Assembly (NCBI GenBank): GCA_040768745.1
Contig: JAXGMI010000002.1
Coordinates: forward strand, 32,001-96,000
Direction of reading: 5' to 3'
DNA length: 64,000 nt
Source: Desulfomicrobium sp.
GTDB taxonomy: Bacteria > Desulfobacterota > Desulfovibrionia > Desulfovibrionales > Desulfomicrobiaceae
Positions 30,915 through 40,893 of this stretch are shown here, piece after piece. Below the pieces are notes generated by a model. The model was not told the DNA's origin, did no database searches, and saw nothing but the letters and a program-made list of their open reading frames with translations. Within the stretch, counting starts at the first letter, position 1. Every line of letters starts with the position of its first letter. The position numbers and the translations under genes are program-made.

Positions 30915-33900
30915 TTACCTGCTCTTGTGGCAGATCCGATACTCGAAGTTCTTGGTGTGGGCGTTGCGCTGCCGGTCGATGTCGAACCCGGCGTCCCGGA
31001 TGACGTCCAGGTCGTTGCTGATGCGCCGACCGAGCTGGGCGGGCTTCTTGTATTCGAACTCGAGGTTGAATTCCCGGCCGACCCTGCGCAGCGCCGCGAG
31101 CAGCCGTCCCGCCGACACCGGTTCCATGGTGTTCTCGTTCTCGAACCTCACCTGGTAGCGTTCGATGAACCCCACTACGTGGTTTGCCCGGTCGTCCTCG
31201 CCGTAGCGGGCCTTCTCGTCCAGCTCCACCGCGTTTCGGTAGGCATGGAAGAGCGACGCCAGCGCCGTTGCGATGGGGTTCGACTCCCGCGCCATCTCCT
31301 GGCTGGTGTCGTTGATGGAATGGATCTGCTCGATGAACAGCGGGCTCAGATCCTCGAGTCCGGTGGTCACCTCGTGTTCCTCGGACCCGGCCAGCATCAT
31401 CAGGTACATCAGGCTCAGATAGTCGTTGCACCGGCGTTTGCCATGGGTCGGCATGGTTCGGTGCAGCAGGCGCATGACCTGTTTCTGGGCTCCGTCCCGG
31501 ATCATCGCCAGCACATGGCTGGTCCGCTTCATGATGGCCGAGATGATCAGATCCCGGTTCTGCTGGATGGCGGAGATGACCTCCGATTCCAGAAAGCAGT
31601 CGCTGGCCTGGTTGGCGAGGTCGAAGTTGATGACGAAGGACCTCGACAGGATCTCCGAAAGCTCCCCGCACAGCGGCTCGATGCCGGTGGTGTTCAGCAG
31701 GCATTTGGTCCGCTCGGTGATGGTCTCGCTGTCGGTGCCGCTCTTGCGTTTCTCCTTGGCGATGCCGGTGATGCTGGTCAGCATGAAGGTGGTCAGATCC
31801 TCGGTCATCTGCTTGACCTCGATGTTGTCGAGGACGATGAGCGGGTTCTGCGAGCCATCGGTGTAGTTCGCCGCGTCGGTGGCCTTCTTGTGCTGGGGCT
31901 CGCCGTAAAGCAGCGTCGACGTGATCTTGCTGGCGGTGGTCTTCCCGATCCGGCCGAGCCCTCGAATCGGGTCATGGGCCGCGTCCCGGCGAAGTCGATC
32001 AACAGGAAGCAGGAGAGCCAGGAAAGGATGAGAAAGCGATCCCCCTGTGGACAGGTCATGTTGCCCACCAGCAGATCGACCAGGAGCCGGTCCGCCTCTT
32101 CGAGATCAGCGTCGGGCAGGAATTTCAGCGGCTTCATCTTGCGCGAGCCGTCCAGGATGATGCCGTCCTCGTTGCCACCGTTCTTCATGATCTGAATCTC
32201 GTCCGGGGTGATCTTGGCGATCTCATGCTCCGGATTGTTCAGGTTGAAATAGACGGTGTAGGAAGCCACATCTGTGTGCAGCCAGGAAAAATGGTCTCGC
32301 ACCTGGCCACGGATCATTGCCAGGCTGGGCAGTACCTCAAAAAATGTCCGCCCGCCGTTGGAGGTCGGCACCATGCCCGTGTGTTTGTAGAGCATGGCCG
32401 CGTAATGGCGCTTGCGGCCTCGGTCCGGTGAATCCATCCAGTAAATGGCGTTATCGAAATACATGAACGGCTCGCCCTGCAGGGTGTGAAAGAACTGGGC
32501 ACCGTTGGAGGTGAACCAGTCGTAGGCGGCCTCGGCGGCCAGGGTGTAGTCGGGAGCGCCGTTCTCCAGTTCCGTGTCGATCAGCACCTCGTCGACCCGG
32601 GCGCGGCACGATCCGGGCATCGCGCCGGACATCCGCTTGGCCTTCTTCTTTTCGTTACGGAACTCGACCTTGCGGTCCTTCTGGATGGCGCGGATCTGCT
32701 CTTTCAGGGTGGCCATGGAAACACCACCACCGATGCGCTCCTGCACCAGCTTCAGCAGGCGGGCCTGTTCCAGCGGAGACTGCTCGGAAATCTCCCCCAG
32801 TATCGGTTCGAGCAGGCGGTTGCGTTCCTCTTCCTCAGCGCCCTCGGGCAGCGAGCGCACGCCGAACTCGATGGGCGTGCTGGCCTCGGCGAGCAGGCGT
32901 TCGAAATCCTCCCGGGTATGCCCGGCGGCAATGAAATCGTTGACGTCGATCTTTGCGGTGGCGAGAAGCGCCTCGGCCGCCTGGACTTCCTCGGCGGGAC
33001 GTCCCGCCAGCAGCTTGGCCAGCTCCTTCGGCCCCACGCTCGCCGTCAGGCTGAAGCGTTCGGTCAGCTCCTGCCGGGCCGAGATCTGTGTCTCCGACAA
33101 GGGCAGCGTCACCAGGCGGGTGTCGATCTTGTGTTCGGCCAGGGTGCGGGCGGTTTGCAGCGCCCCTTTGAGACCGGCCTGGGAGAGTTCGTTGTCCTGG
33201 CAGATGTAGACGGTTTCGACGCCGCGCAGCTTGGGGATCAGGCGCTCCCAATCGGCGGCCCGGATGCGGACGGTGACCGGCGATACGGTGGGCAGGCCCA
33301 GTTGCATCAGCGCCAGGCAATCGGTCACCCCCTCGGTGATGATCACCTTGCCGGGCCTGGCCAGCAGGCAGTCCTCGTTGAACAGCAGCGCGTTGTTGAT
33401 GAAATCGGCGACGTAAGGGCGCTGGTGCTCGTCGTGAACCGGCAGTTTCTTGTATTTCCCTTGCTCCCAGCCCACGTCCGGGGTCCACGGCGTCTTGCGG
33501 CCGATCATGAACACCACCCGGCCACGGCTCCAGTAGGGAAAGACGATGCGGCGCTCGAAAAATGGCGTCAGGCCATCCTGGCTCGTGGGACGGAAAGCGC
33601 CGGTGGCGGCAAGCTCCCGCTTGGAGAAGCCGTCTTCGCCCCGGGTCAGTTGGGCGACCGCGCCGGACGCGTTGTCCGCGTAGCCGATCAGGAGATCGTC
33701 GATGGTCTCCTCGCTCAGGGCGTATTTGGATTTCAGCCAGTCGAGGACCTCCGGCGACTCTTTGAGTCTGGCGTGGTAAAGCCTGGCCAGCGAGGTCAGC
33801 GCGTCCTTGACCCGCAGTTCGAAGGCGCGGTCGGCCTCCGTCTGGGCGAGACGCTCCTGGCTGAGGCCATAGCGCGACAGCGGCGGCAAGCCCGCCTTCT

Positions 33901-34225
33901 TGGCGAGATAGTCCCGGGCCTGACGGTGGCTGTCCGGCATCGGACCGGATTGCCCGGCGGTGACCGAGCCCGTCTGAATGAACTCAACGAGTTGCAACAC
34001 ATCACCGCCGACTCCGCAGCCGAAGCAGTACCAGCCCTGCTTGTCGAGCATCACGTGCAGCGACAGACGCGACTGGCTCTGATGGTTGGGGCAGTCGCAC
34101 ATCAGGCGCTGGCCGGTCTCTTGGGTGATCCGTCCCGGCAGGAGTGCCCGGGCCACGTCACCGATGTCCATCTCGGTGACGAGCCGGTAATACTCCCTGA
34201 CATTATCCGTTCCGCCCATACTCAT
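30915..34225 (-). CDS. CHC2 zinc finger / TOPRIM primase fused to a C-terminal P-loop ATPase (frameshift near 31945)
   Basis: CPNH...WYCFGCGVGGD; IITEGVTD; ICQDNE; GSAGSG|KTT Walker A across the frameshift. Confidence 0.85.
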
Positions 34226-36450
34226 TCGGCCTCCGCGACACGGGCGAAATCGGCCTCCGCGTGCTGGGCGGCGTCCAGAAACAGGGGCAGAAAGGTCCGG
34301 CGGTCATCCACCTGACACCGCTTGGCGCAGTTCTGGATGCCCCAGTGATCACCCAGAACAATGGCGGTGCGCCGGGCGCGGGTCACCCCGGTGTAGAGCA
34401 GATTGCGGTGGTGCATGAAGGAATGCGCCTTGTGGACCACCACCACGGCGCAGGGGAATTCGGAACCCTGGGTTTTGTGGATGGTGAGCGCATAGGCGAG
34501 CTGCAGGTCCTGAAGGTCGGGCGAACCCTTTTCCATCTCCACCGGCATGCCGTCGAAGTCGATGACCAGGGTGCCGTTCGCGAGGACATCGACCACATAG
34601 CCGATGGCACCGTTCATCACATTCAGGTCGTAATTGTTCCGGGTCTGGATGACCTTGTCGTGCTTGAGAAACGGAGCGCGGCGTCCCATGGCGACCGGCG
34701 GTACCTCGGCGTTCCAGAGCTTGCGCTGGATGAGCCGCTGCAGTTCCTCGTTCAGTTCCTTGGTGCCGAGTGGCCCCTTGTGGGTCGGCGTCAGCACCTG
34801 CACATCCTTGATGATGTCGAACCCCAGGGCGTCGAGCCGCTCCTGAAACAGCTCCAGCAGGAACGAGCGTGCAGCCATCGGGTCGGTGAACTGATCCACC
34901 AGATACCAATCCCGGCATCCGCCCACCGACGCCTCGCTGGTCTTGCGCACCTCGCCCTTGAGAACGGCGGTGCAGTTCTCCTTAAGGACGCCAGCCTGGC
35001 GCACGACCTTGTCGAGGATGACCGTGGGAATGGCGCGTGTCTGGATCAGATCGCGCAGGATGTTTCCCGGTCCCACCGGCGGAAGCTGGTTGTGGTCCCC
35101 GACCAGCAGCACCGTGGTCCGCGACAGGTCGACCGCCTCGAACAAGTGCCAGGCCAGGGACACGTCCACCATCGAAAACTCGTCGACCACCAAGACGTCG
35201 GCATCGATGGGATTCTCCTTGCTGCGCGAGAAACCCTTGCCGTCATAGCCGAGCAGGCGGTGAATGGTGGTGCCGCTGCGACCACTGACTTCCTCCAGGC
35301 GCTTGGCGGCCTTACCGGTCGGCGCGGCGAGCACGACCTCCAGATCACTCTCCTCGCAAATCGTGTTGATGACCGAAATGGTGTAGCTCTTGCCCGAACC
35401 GGCTCCACCCGAGATCAGGCTGATGCTGTGATTGAGGGCCGAGCGGACCGCGTCGAGCTGCTTCTCGTTCAGCGTTGATGCGCAGCGCCGAATCAGGGCA
35501 TCGAGTTTCTTGACGGACTGGAAATGCGGATTGGGTGTTTCGGCCCGGCCGAACAACGAGGCCAGCTCCCGCTCCATGCGGACGATCTCCGGCAGAGCGA
35601 CCACGAAACGTCCGCCGTGGGAATCGCAGGCAAGCGCCTGTTCTTCGATGAGCGCGTCGAGGGCGCTCTCGATACGGACCCGGCTGTCCAGGGCATCCAT
35701 GACCAGCAGCAGATTGGCCTGATCCACCAGATCCTCGTATTCGATCCAACAGTGGCCATTGTCCAGGGCATCACGGACGCAAAACAGCAGACCGGCCCGG
35801 ATACGGGGAACGTGGTCCTTGGGGGTTCCCAGCTTGCGGGCGATCTTGTCGACCTTCTTGAAGCCGAATCCCCGGATCTCCCGAATGAGGATGTACGGGT
35901 CTTCCTTCAGAATATCGAGGCAATTGCCGCCGAGTCTTTCGACCAGGGTGGTGACCTGATGATGGGTCAGGCCGAATGCCGAAAGCCAGGCCATGACGGT
36001 GTTGACGCTACGGTTCTTCAACCATTCGTCACGCAGCCGCTTGGCCGCATCCAGGGGCAGCCGAGCTTTGAGCGCGATGCGCTCGGGGTCATTCAGAAGG
36101 GTTTCTTCAAAGGCGTCGCCGAAACTCTCGACGATCAATCTGGCCTTGGCCGGACCAATGCCCTTGATCTCCGGATGGTTGGCCAGATAGTGGATCAGCC
36201 CCTCCGGATCGAGTTCGAGGTCGTGCTCCATCCCGTCGACCTTGAACTGACGGCCGTATTTGGGATGGGTGGCCCACGACCCGAGCAGGACCACAGGCTG
36301 ATTTTCCCGGGCGAACAAATTGCCCGCGAACTGGACTTCCTCACCGGTCGGGGTGAGCAGTCGGCCTGCGGAGAACTTGGGTCCGGCATAGTAAACGCGC
36401 TCTATTCTTCCCCGGAGTCGCGCCGGGTTACTCTCATTTCTTTTTGGCAT
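34222..36450 (-). CDS. RecD2-like SF1B helicase
   Basis: HhH IKGIGP, GGAGSGKS, APTGKAA, VVDEFSM, GDHNQLPPVG, AYALTIHKTQGSEF, YTGVTRA. Confidence 0.92.
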   Translation of the reverse strand: MPKRNESNPARLRGRIERVYYAGPKFSAGRLLTPTGEEVQFAGNLFARENQPVVLLGSWATHPKYGRQFKVDGMEHDLELDPEGLIHYLANHPEIKGIGPAKARLIVESFGDAFEETLLNDPERIALKARLPLDAAKRLRDEWLKNRSVNTVMAWLSAFGLTHHQVTTLVERLGGNCLDILKEDPYILIREIRGFGFKKVDKIARKLGTPKDHVPRIRAGLLFCVRDALDNGHCWIEYEDLVDQANLLLVMDALDSRVRIESALDALIEEQALACDSHGGRFVVALPEIVRMERELASLFGRAETPNPHFQSVKKLDALIRRCASTLNEKQLDAVRSALNHSISLISGGAGSGKSYTISVINTICEESDLEVVLAAPTGKAAKRLEEVSGRSGTTIHRLLGYDGKGFSRSKENPIDADVLVVDEFSMVDVSLAWHLFEAVDLSRTTVLLVGDHNQLPPVGPGNILRDLIQTRAIPTVILDKVVRQAGVLKENCTAVLKGEVRKTSEASVGGCRDWYLVDQFTDPMAARSFLLELFQERLDALGFDIIKDVQVLTPTHKGPLGTKELNEELQRLIQRKLWNAEVPPVAMGRRAPFLKHDKVIQTRNNYDLNVMNGAIGYVVDVLANGTLVIDFDGMPVEMEKGSPDLQDLQLAYALTIHKTQGSEFPCAVVVVHKAHSFMHHRNLLYTGVTRARRTAIVLGDHWGIQNCAKRCQVDDRRTFLPLFLDAAQHAEADFARVAEAE

Positions 36451-36884
36451 CTCGCGATCCTCCGGTGAAAACGTGTCAGGTACTCCTCGACAAAACGGCA
36501 GGCGGCCTGCCGGTCCGAGCAGAAGTAGACGGGGACACCGAAGTCGACGACGATGGAGGCGACCGTTCCGATCAGCGCATGCGGGTGGGCATCGCTGCGG
36601 TAGCGGCCATCGACCAGATCGCGAAAGTTGCATTCGACAACCACGCAGGCGGACTCGTAGGCGGAGAGCTTTTCCAACTCGCGGTGAAACCGCTTTCTCC
36701 CCCGGATGACGGTGGAGACGAAATCCGTCAGGGATTTGCGCTCCACCGCCACCCGTTCCTCGAGGCCGACCAGCGAGTAATCACCGGCGGGCAACGCCTT
36801 GCGAACCGCCGAAACCTTGTCGCTATCGAAGCTGTAGGGCTCCTGTTCGCGGGTGTCGACGACAACGGTGATCCGGTCCATCAT
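36402..36884 (-). CDS. ERCC4-domain nuclease
   Basis: VDTREQ, GDYS, VERKS. Confidence 0.88.
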   Translation of the reverse strand: MMDRITVVVDTREQEPYSFDSDKVSAVRKALPAGDYSLVGLEERVAVERKSLTDFVSTVIRGRKRFHRELEKLSAYESACVVVECNFRDLVDGRYRSDAHPHALIGTVASIVVDFGVPVYFCSDRQAACRFVEEYLTRFHRRIARCQKEMRVTRRDSGEE

Positions 36885-37357
36885 CAGAACGGGATCATGT
36901 CGTCCATCGCCGCGCCGGGAGCCCCGGCATCGTCGGCCATGACAATGCGACGGTTGAAGTAGATGTTCTCGTTTTCACCGCGAGTGCGCTTGGTCACCTC
37001 CAGCTTGATGTTGAGAAGCTGCTCGAGGTGGCCCGGCAGGTCGGAGAGCTTCTGAAGCTGCAGCCCGCAGGTGTAGAGGTCCTGCTTGAGCCACTTGATG
37101 TTCTCGTTGCTGGCCATGACGTTGTTGCGCCAGAGCAGACGGCCCTTGTGGGTCGGCGCGAGAATGCGCAGGGTCCACTTGAGCATGGGATTGCCCGAGG
37201 TCTGGGCGCGAGTCAGTTCGACCCGGTCAACGTTGACCTGGTACTTGCCGTCGGGAACGGCCTCGAACTCACGTTCCTCGACTTCGGCGGTTTCGAAGGC
37301 GTCGTCGAACTGCGCCAGGTCGAGGTTGCTGTTGGATTGGTTTTCGTAGTGTTCCAT
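36884..37357 (-). CDS. DUF669 family putative ssDNA-binding protein
   Basis: VPDGKYQV, SGNPMLKW, acidic DDMIPF tail. Confidence 0.8.
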   Translation of the reverse strand: MEHYENQSNSNLDLAQFDDAFETAEVEEREFEAVPDGKYQVNVDRVELTRAQTSGNPMLKWTLRILAPTHKGRLLWRNNVMASNENIKWLKQDLYTCGLQLQKLSDLPGHLEQLLNIKLEVTKRTRGENENIYFNRRIVMADDAGAPGAAMDDMIPF

Positions 37358-37369
37358 GGTCGGATCTCC

Positions 37370-38140
37370 TTACTGTTGGGGTTTCGCCGCCGCACTCGCG
37401 GTCGGCTCCGGCTTCGGCCGGGCGGCACTCGCCGCAGCTCCGGCTGCCGTGTTGTTGAACGCTTTCATGAAGCTCGGAAAATCGAGGGGGATGACTTCGG
37501 GGAGTCGGCCGGTGCGGTCACCGGCGTCGTAGTTGGGACTGGGCTTGGTGCGCATCACGCGCTGCCAGACCGGCTTGCCGTCCTCGCCGGTTTTCATGTC
37601 CAGGTCGCAGAACAGGATCAGGTCCACCAGACCGGTGACCAGCTTCCGCGCCTTTTCCGGCAGCGTCGGCACGATGCGGGTGTGTTTGCCGGTCCGGGTC
37701 TCGATGTCCCGCTCCTGGGAGTGGGAAATCAGGATCAGCCCGTAGGGCAGGAAGGCGAGCTTGTTGATGACGCGCTGGAACTCGTTGTTGATCAGCGCGT
37801 AGCCCTTGCCGTAGCCCAGGTCGGATTCGTGCTCGATCTTGAATTTCTTGCAGACGTAGTCCGAGCACATCTTGTAGGCGTTATCCACCGTGTCGACGAC
37901 GATGGTCTTGAACTCGTGCTTGCCCTCGGCGATCTCCGCGCAGGCCTGTAGGAGGTCGTCCCAGCAGGTGATCGGGGTCTGGAACACCTCCAGGGCGTTC
38001 AGGCCCGGCTCGGTCGCCAGGAACAGTGCGTCATCGGCCTTGGAGCACCAGGTGCTCTTGCCGATCTTGCTCGGGCCGTACACCAGGGCGGTGAGGTCCG
38101 AGAGCGTGTGTTTGGGTTTGCTTTTGGTCTTGGGAAGCAT
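37370..38140 (-). CDS. AAA_24 / Sak4-like ATPase
   Basis: YGPSKIGKST, IVVDTV, ILISH. Confidence 0.85.
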   Translation of the reverse strand: MLPKTKSKPKHTLSDLTALVYGPSKIGKSTWCSKADDALFLATEPGLNALEVFQTPITCWDDLLQACAEIAEGKHEFKTIVVDTVDNAYKMCSDYVCKKFKIEHESDLGYGKGYALINNEFQRVINKLAFLPYGLILISHSQERDIETRTGKHTRIVPTLPEKARKLVTGLVDLILFCDLDMKTGEDGKPVWQRVMRTKPSPNYDAGDRTGRLPEVIPLDFPSFMKAFNNTAAGAAASAARPKPEPTASAAAKPQQ

Positions 38141-38166
38141 GGCTTCGTCTCCTTATGGTTGGGATT

Positions 38167-39183
38167 TCAAAACACCGGAGCGGCGTCTTCACCGGCTCCG
38201 TCCCGCAGCTCTTCGTGCGGGGCGATCCGTTGGAAATGGTTTTCGATGACGTTGGGGTTGCCGCCCGAGCGGCAGAGCTGGAAGTAGGCGCAGGGCCTTC
38301 CGTACTGGAAGCAGTAGCTGGTGTTGCGGTAGAAGGTGTCGCGCCGACGGGCGTCGAGCATGGCCTTGGAGAGTTCCCACAGCTCCGCCCGCAGTTCCTC
38401 GAACTGGTCGCGGGAGATGTAGAGCACCTCGCGATGAAACATGCCCGGCTCGAGGTACTTTTCCTGGAGCCGTTGCTGGAAGGTTTCGTCGTCCTCCGGC
38501 AGCTTGCGCTTGGCGCTGCTCTTGCCGGTTTTCGACTTGGCAATCAGCTCCGCCCGGCGGGCCTCGAATTCGGCTTCGGTCTCACCCTTGCCCTGGCGCA
38601 ACTTGGCCTTGACCAGGACGTTGTAGATGATGCCGCTGACCGTGATGCCGAGGGTCTGCTCCAGGTACCAGGCGTAGAGGATGATCTGGAAATCGGTCCA
38701 CAGCCGCTCCAGGTAACTGGCGTCGATCTGCGAGGCGGTTTTGTGTTCCAGTAGGAAATACTGGCCATCCTGACGGACGATGCCGTCCACCTTCCCGGCG
38801 AGAATGAAACTGCGCGAGGTCGCCCCGGTCGCCGGGTTGACGATGGGACCTTCGAAGGTTTTCTCGAGCGCGACGACCTCGAACTCTTCGGCCGGGTAGT
38901 GTTCCGCATAGGCGCTCATCATGGCCCGGGCGAGATGCCAGTCGGCCTGTTGATGGTCGTCCTGCGCCCGGTTCGGATAGGTCCGGTCGATGTGGTCGAG
39001 GACCTTGGCCAGATTCCGCTCGCCGTGCCAGCACTCCAGGCAGTCGTGGATGACCGAGCCGAAGGCCAGATTGGGGTCGCGCTCGAGCGGCACCAGCTCG
39101 TCGATGTAGCGCCACTTGCAGGCCATGCGGCAGTTGCGGAACAGCCGCCACATGGAATAGGTGGTGGTCATCAGCTCGCTCAT
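38167..39183 (-). CDS. PD-(D/E)XK nuclease (RecB/Cas4-like)
   Basis: FGSVIH, GKVDGIV, LEHKT, Q..LY, C-terminal Cys cluster. Confidence 0.85.
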   Translation of the reverse strand: MSELMTTTYSMWRLFRNCRMACKWRYIDELVPLERDPNLAFGSVIHDCLECWHGERNLAKVLDHIDRTYPNRAQDDHQQADWHLARAMMSAYAEHYPAEEFEVVALEKTFEGPIVNPATGATSRSFILAGKVDGIVRQDGQYFLLEHKTASQIDASYLERLWTDFQIILYAWYLEQTLGITVSGIIYNVLVKAKLRQGKGETEAEFEARRAELIAKSKTGKSSAKRKLPEDDETFQQRLQEKYLEPGMFHREVLYISRDQFEELRAELWELSKAMLDARRRDTFYRNTSYCFQYGRPCAYFQLCRSGGNPNVIENHFQRIAPHEELRDGAGEDAAPVF

Positions 39184-39515
39184 ACCGCCACCCCCGCTTC
39201 GGCGGCGGGCGCTGCGCGATGCTTGGAGGCACAGGCGCAACCCGACGGCTGGGTACGTTCGATCAGGACCGAGCGTTCGCCGTATTCCTTGGTGGCGAAG
39301 CCGGTGAAAATGCGGGCGAGGTCGCTGCCGACATCGGTGGAGGCGTCGATCACGCAGGTGCGTCGGGCCTTGTCCAGATTGAACCGGCTCTCCATCCGCA
39401 CACGGGAACGGCCATGCAGGCTTTCGACGGCCAGCATCGCCAGCATGAAAGTGTCTTCCAGTTCCTGGGCCGGGACCGACTCGTCAAAACGGTACTTGTA
39501 GGTGTCGTGAGTCAT
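39180..39515 (-). CDS. Hypothetical phage protein
   Basis: MTHDTYKY...; GAGGAG RBS. Confidence 0.65.
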   Translation of the reverse strand: MTHDTYKYRFDESVPAQELEDTFMLAMLAVESLHGRSRVRMESRFNLDKARRTCVIDASTDVGSDLARIFTGFATKEYGERSVLIERTQPSGCACASKHRAAPAAEAGVAV

Positions 39516-39585
39516 GGTTGAACTCCTCTTTTGTTCAGGTTCTGATTTCCGAGGCCCCGGATAGCCGCACCATGCGGCACGGTGC

Positions 39586-39616
39586 TTACTTACCGGAGGC
39601 GGAGCCGATGCGTCGG
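39586..39616 (-). promoter_or_regulatory. Phage promoter motif copy between the sigma gene and the replication operon
   Basis: TTACTTACCGG-N14-CGTCGG, intergenic. Confidence 0.75.
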
Positions 39617-39619
39617 AGA

Positions 39620-40204
39620 TCACAGGTAGTCCTCGAGCCCGGCCTCGCGGAACGCGTCCCGGAGCTTGCTCAGCCGGTCGTAGAGGGTGGTTCTGGGAAT
39701 GCCCATTTCCCGGGCGACTTCGGCCATGGTGCTGTCGTGCAGGCGCAAGCACAGATCCCGGAGCTCTTCCGGCAGCGAGGCGATGGCCTGGCCGAGATCC
39801 ATGCGGATCTCATGGGCGAGGCGCTCTCTTGTTTCGCGTGTGCCGCCCCCAAGAGAGCCTTCGCTATCCAGGAAGTCGATCCGCTCGGTGCTGTCGCCCT
39901 CACCGTTGTCGAGGGGTTCGTTGAGTGATGTTTGGCAGAGCCGCCAGTCCCGGCATTGGGCGAACCGGGCCTCCAGAATGGTGGAGATGTGACGTTCGAC
40001 GATCCGGGCCATGAAGGTGGTCTTCTTGGCCTTGGCGGGATTGAAATGCCGCATCCGCTGCAGCAGATCGATCATCAGTTCCTGTTCGAGGTCGGGTCTG
40101 TCGTCCTCGGTGAATCCGGCCTTGCCTACGAGTTGACGTGCTTTGTGCCGAATGAGGTCGGCGGCATACTTGTCGATGCCGTCGTAAGAATTCTGTGAAA
40201 CCAT
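39620..40204 (-). CDS. Phage-encoded sigma70-family (ECF-like) sigma factor
   Basis: DLEQELMIDLL..FNP....TFMARIV (region 2); LPEELR..TMAEVAREMGIPRTTLYDRL (region 4). Confidence 0.8.
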   Translation of the reverse strand: MVSQNSYDGIDKYAADLIRHKARQLVGKAGFTEDDRPDLEQELMIDLLQRMRHFNPAKAKKTTFMARIVERHISTILEARFAQCRDWRLCQTSLNEPLDNGEGDSTERIDFLDSEGSLGGGTRETRERLAHEIRMDLGQAIASLPEELRDLCLRLHDSTMAEVAREMGIPRTTLYDRLSKLRDAFREAGLEDYL

Positions 40205-40399
40205 CGGGGCCTCCTCGGAGCGAGGAGGAGGTCCGCGTGGGTGTCGGCACGGGCCAGATCACAGGACAAAGCTGTCGCGTGGGCGAAGGGGTCGCAGGTA
40301 CGCCGCCAATTGCCGTATTCGGCTCGGCGACACCCACAACAGCCTCCGCCATGCGTCCAGCTTGTTGTCCAGTGTCTAAGGGTTCAGGTCGTTACGTGT

Positions 40400-40726
40400 T
40401 CAGGCTGCCCGTTCCTCGATGCGCATCAGGAACGGGAGACCGTGCTTGATCTCGAGCAGGCAGACTTTTCCGCTGCCCATCTGCGCGAGGTGCTCCAGCA
40501 GCGCCACGACCTCTTGCTTGAGGATGAAGTCATCCTGGTCGCGCTCGGGCCGGGGACCGCTCTGTCCGCCCAGCTTGATCTCGCGCTCGATGACCGTGTC
40601 AGGGGTGAGTTCCGGCTCGCCGTCGCGGACCGGAATGTTGGTGATGCGGCCGAAGTTGATGTCCTGCATCAGCTCGATGAGTCGCCGCTTCGGTGGGGTG
40701 AGATGTGCTTTGTTGACTTGTGCCAC
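40400..40726 (-). CDS. Hypothetical protein upstream of sigma
   Basis: GTG start with AAGGAG RBS; LIELMQDINFGRI..VRDGEP...HGLPF. Confidence 0.7.
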   Translation of the reverse strand: MAQVNKAHLTPPKRRLIELMQDINFGRITNIPVRDGEPELTPDTVIEREIKLGGQSGPRPERDQDDFILKQEVVALLEHLAQMGSGKVCLLEIKHGLPFLMRIEERAA

Positions 40727-40786
40727 TGCCAGTCTCCTTGTTCGGAAGTTCTGGCGCGCCCGGTGGCCAACCCTGTGCTGACCAAT

Positions 40787-40837
40787 AAAAAACGCCGGAT
40801 GTCGCGCCTTCAAAGCTGAAGGGGCGACATCCGGCGT
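40787..40837 (-). terminator. Strong hairpin / intrinsic terminator
   Basis: ACGCCGGATGTCGC (40792-40805) pairs with GCGACATCCGGCGT (40824-40837); T run on the minus strand. Confidence 0.7.
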
Positions 40838-40893
40838 CGTGCATCACGACAAAGAGCGTCGTGGGAAATTTTTTTAAACTTTTTTTGCCTGGG

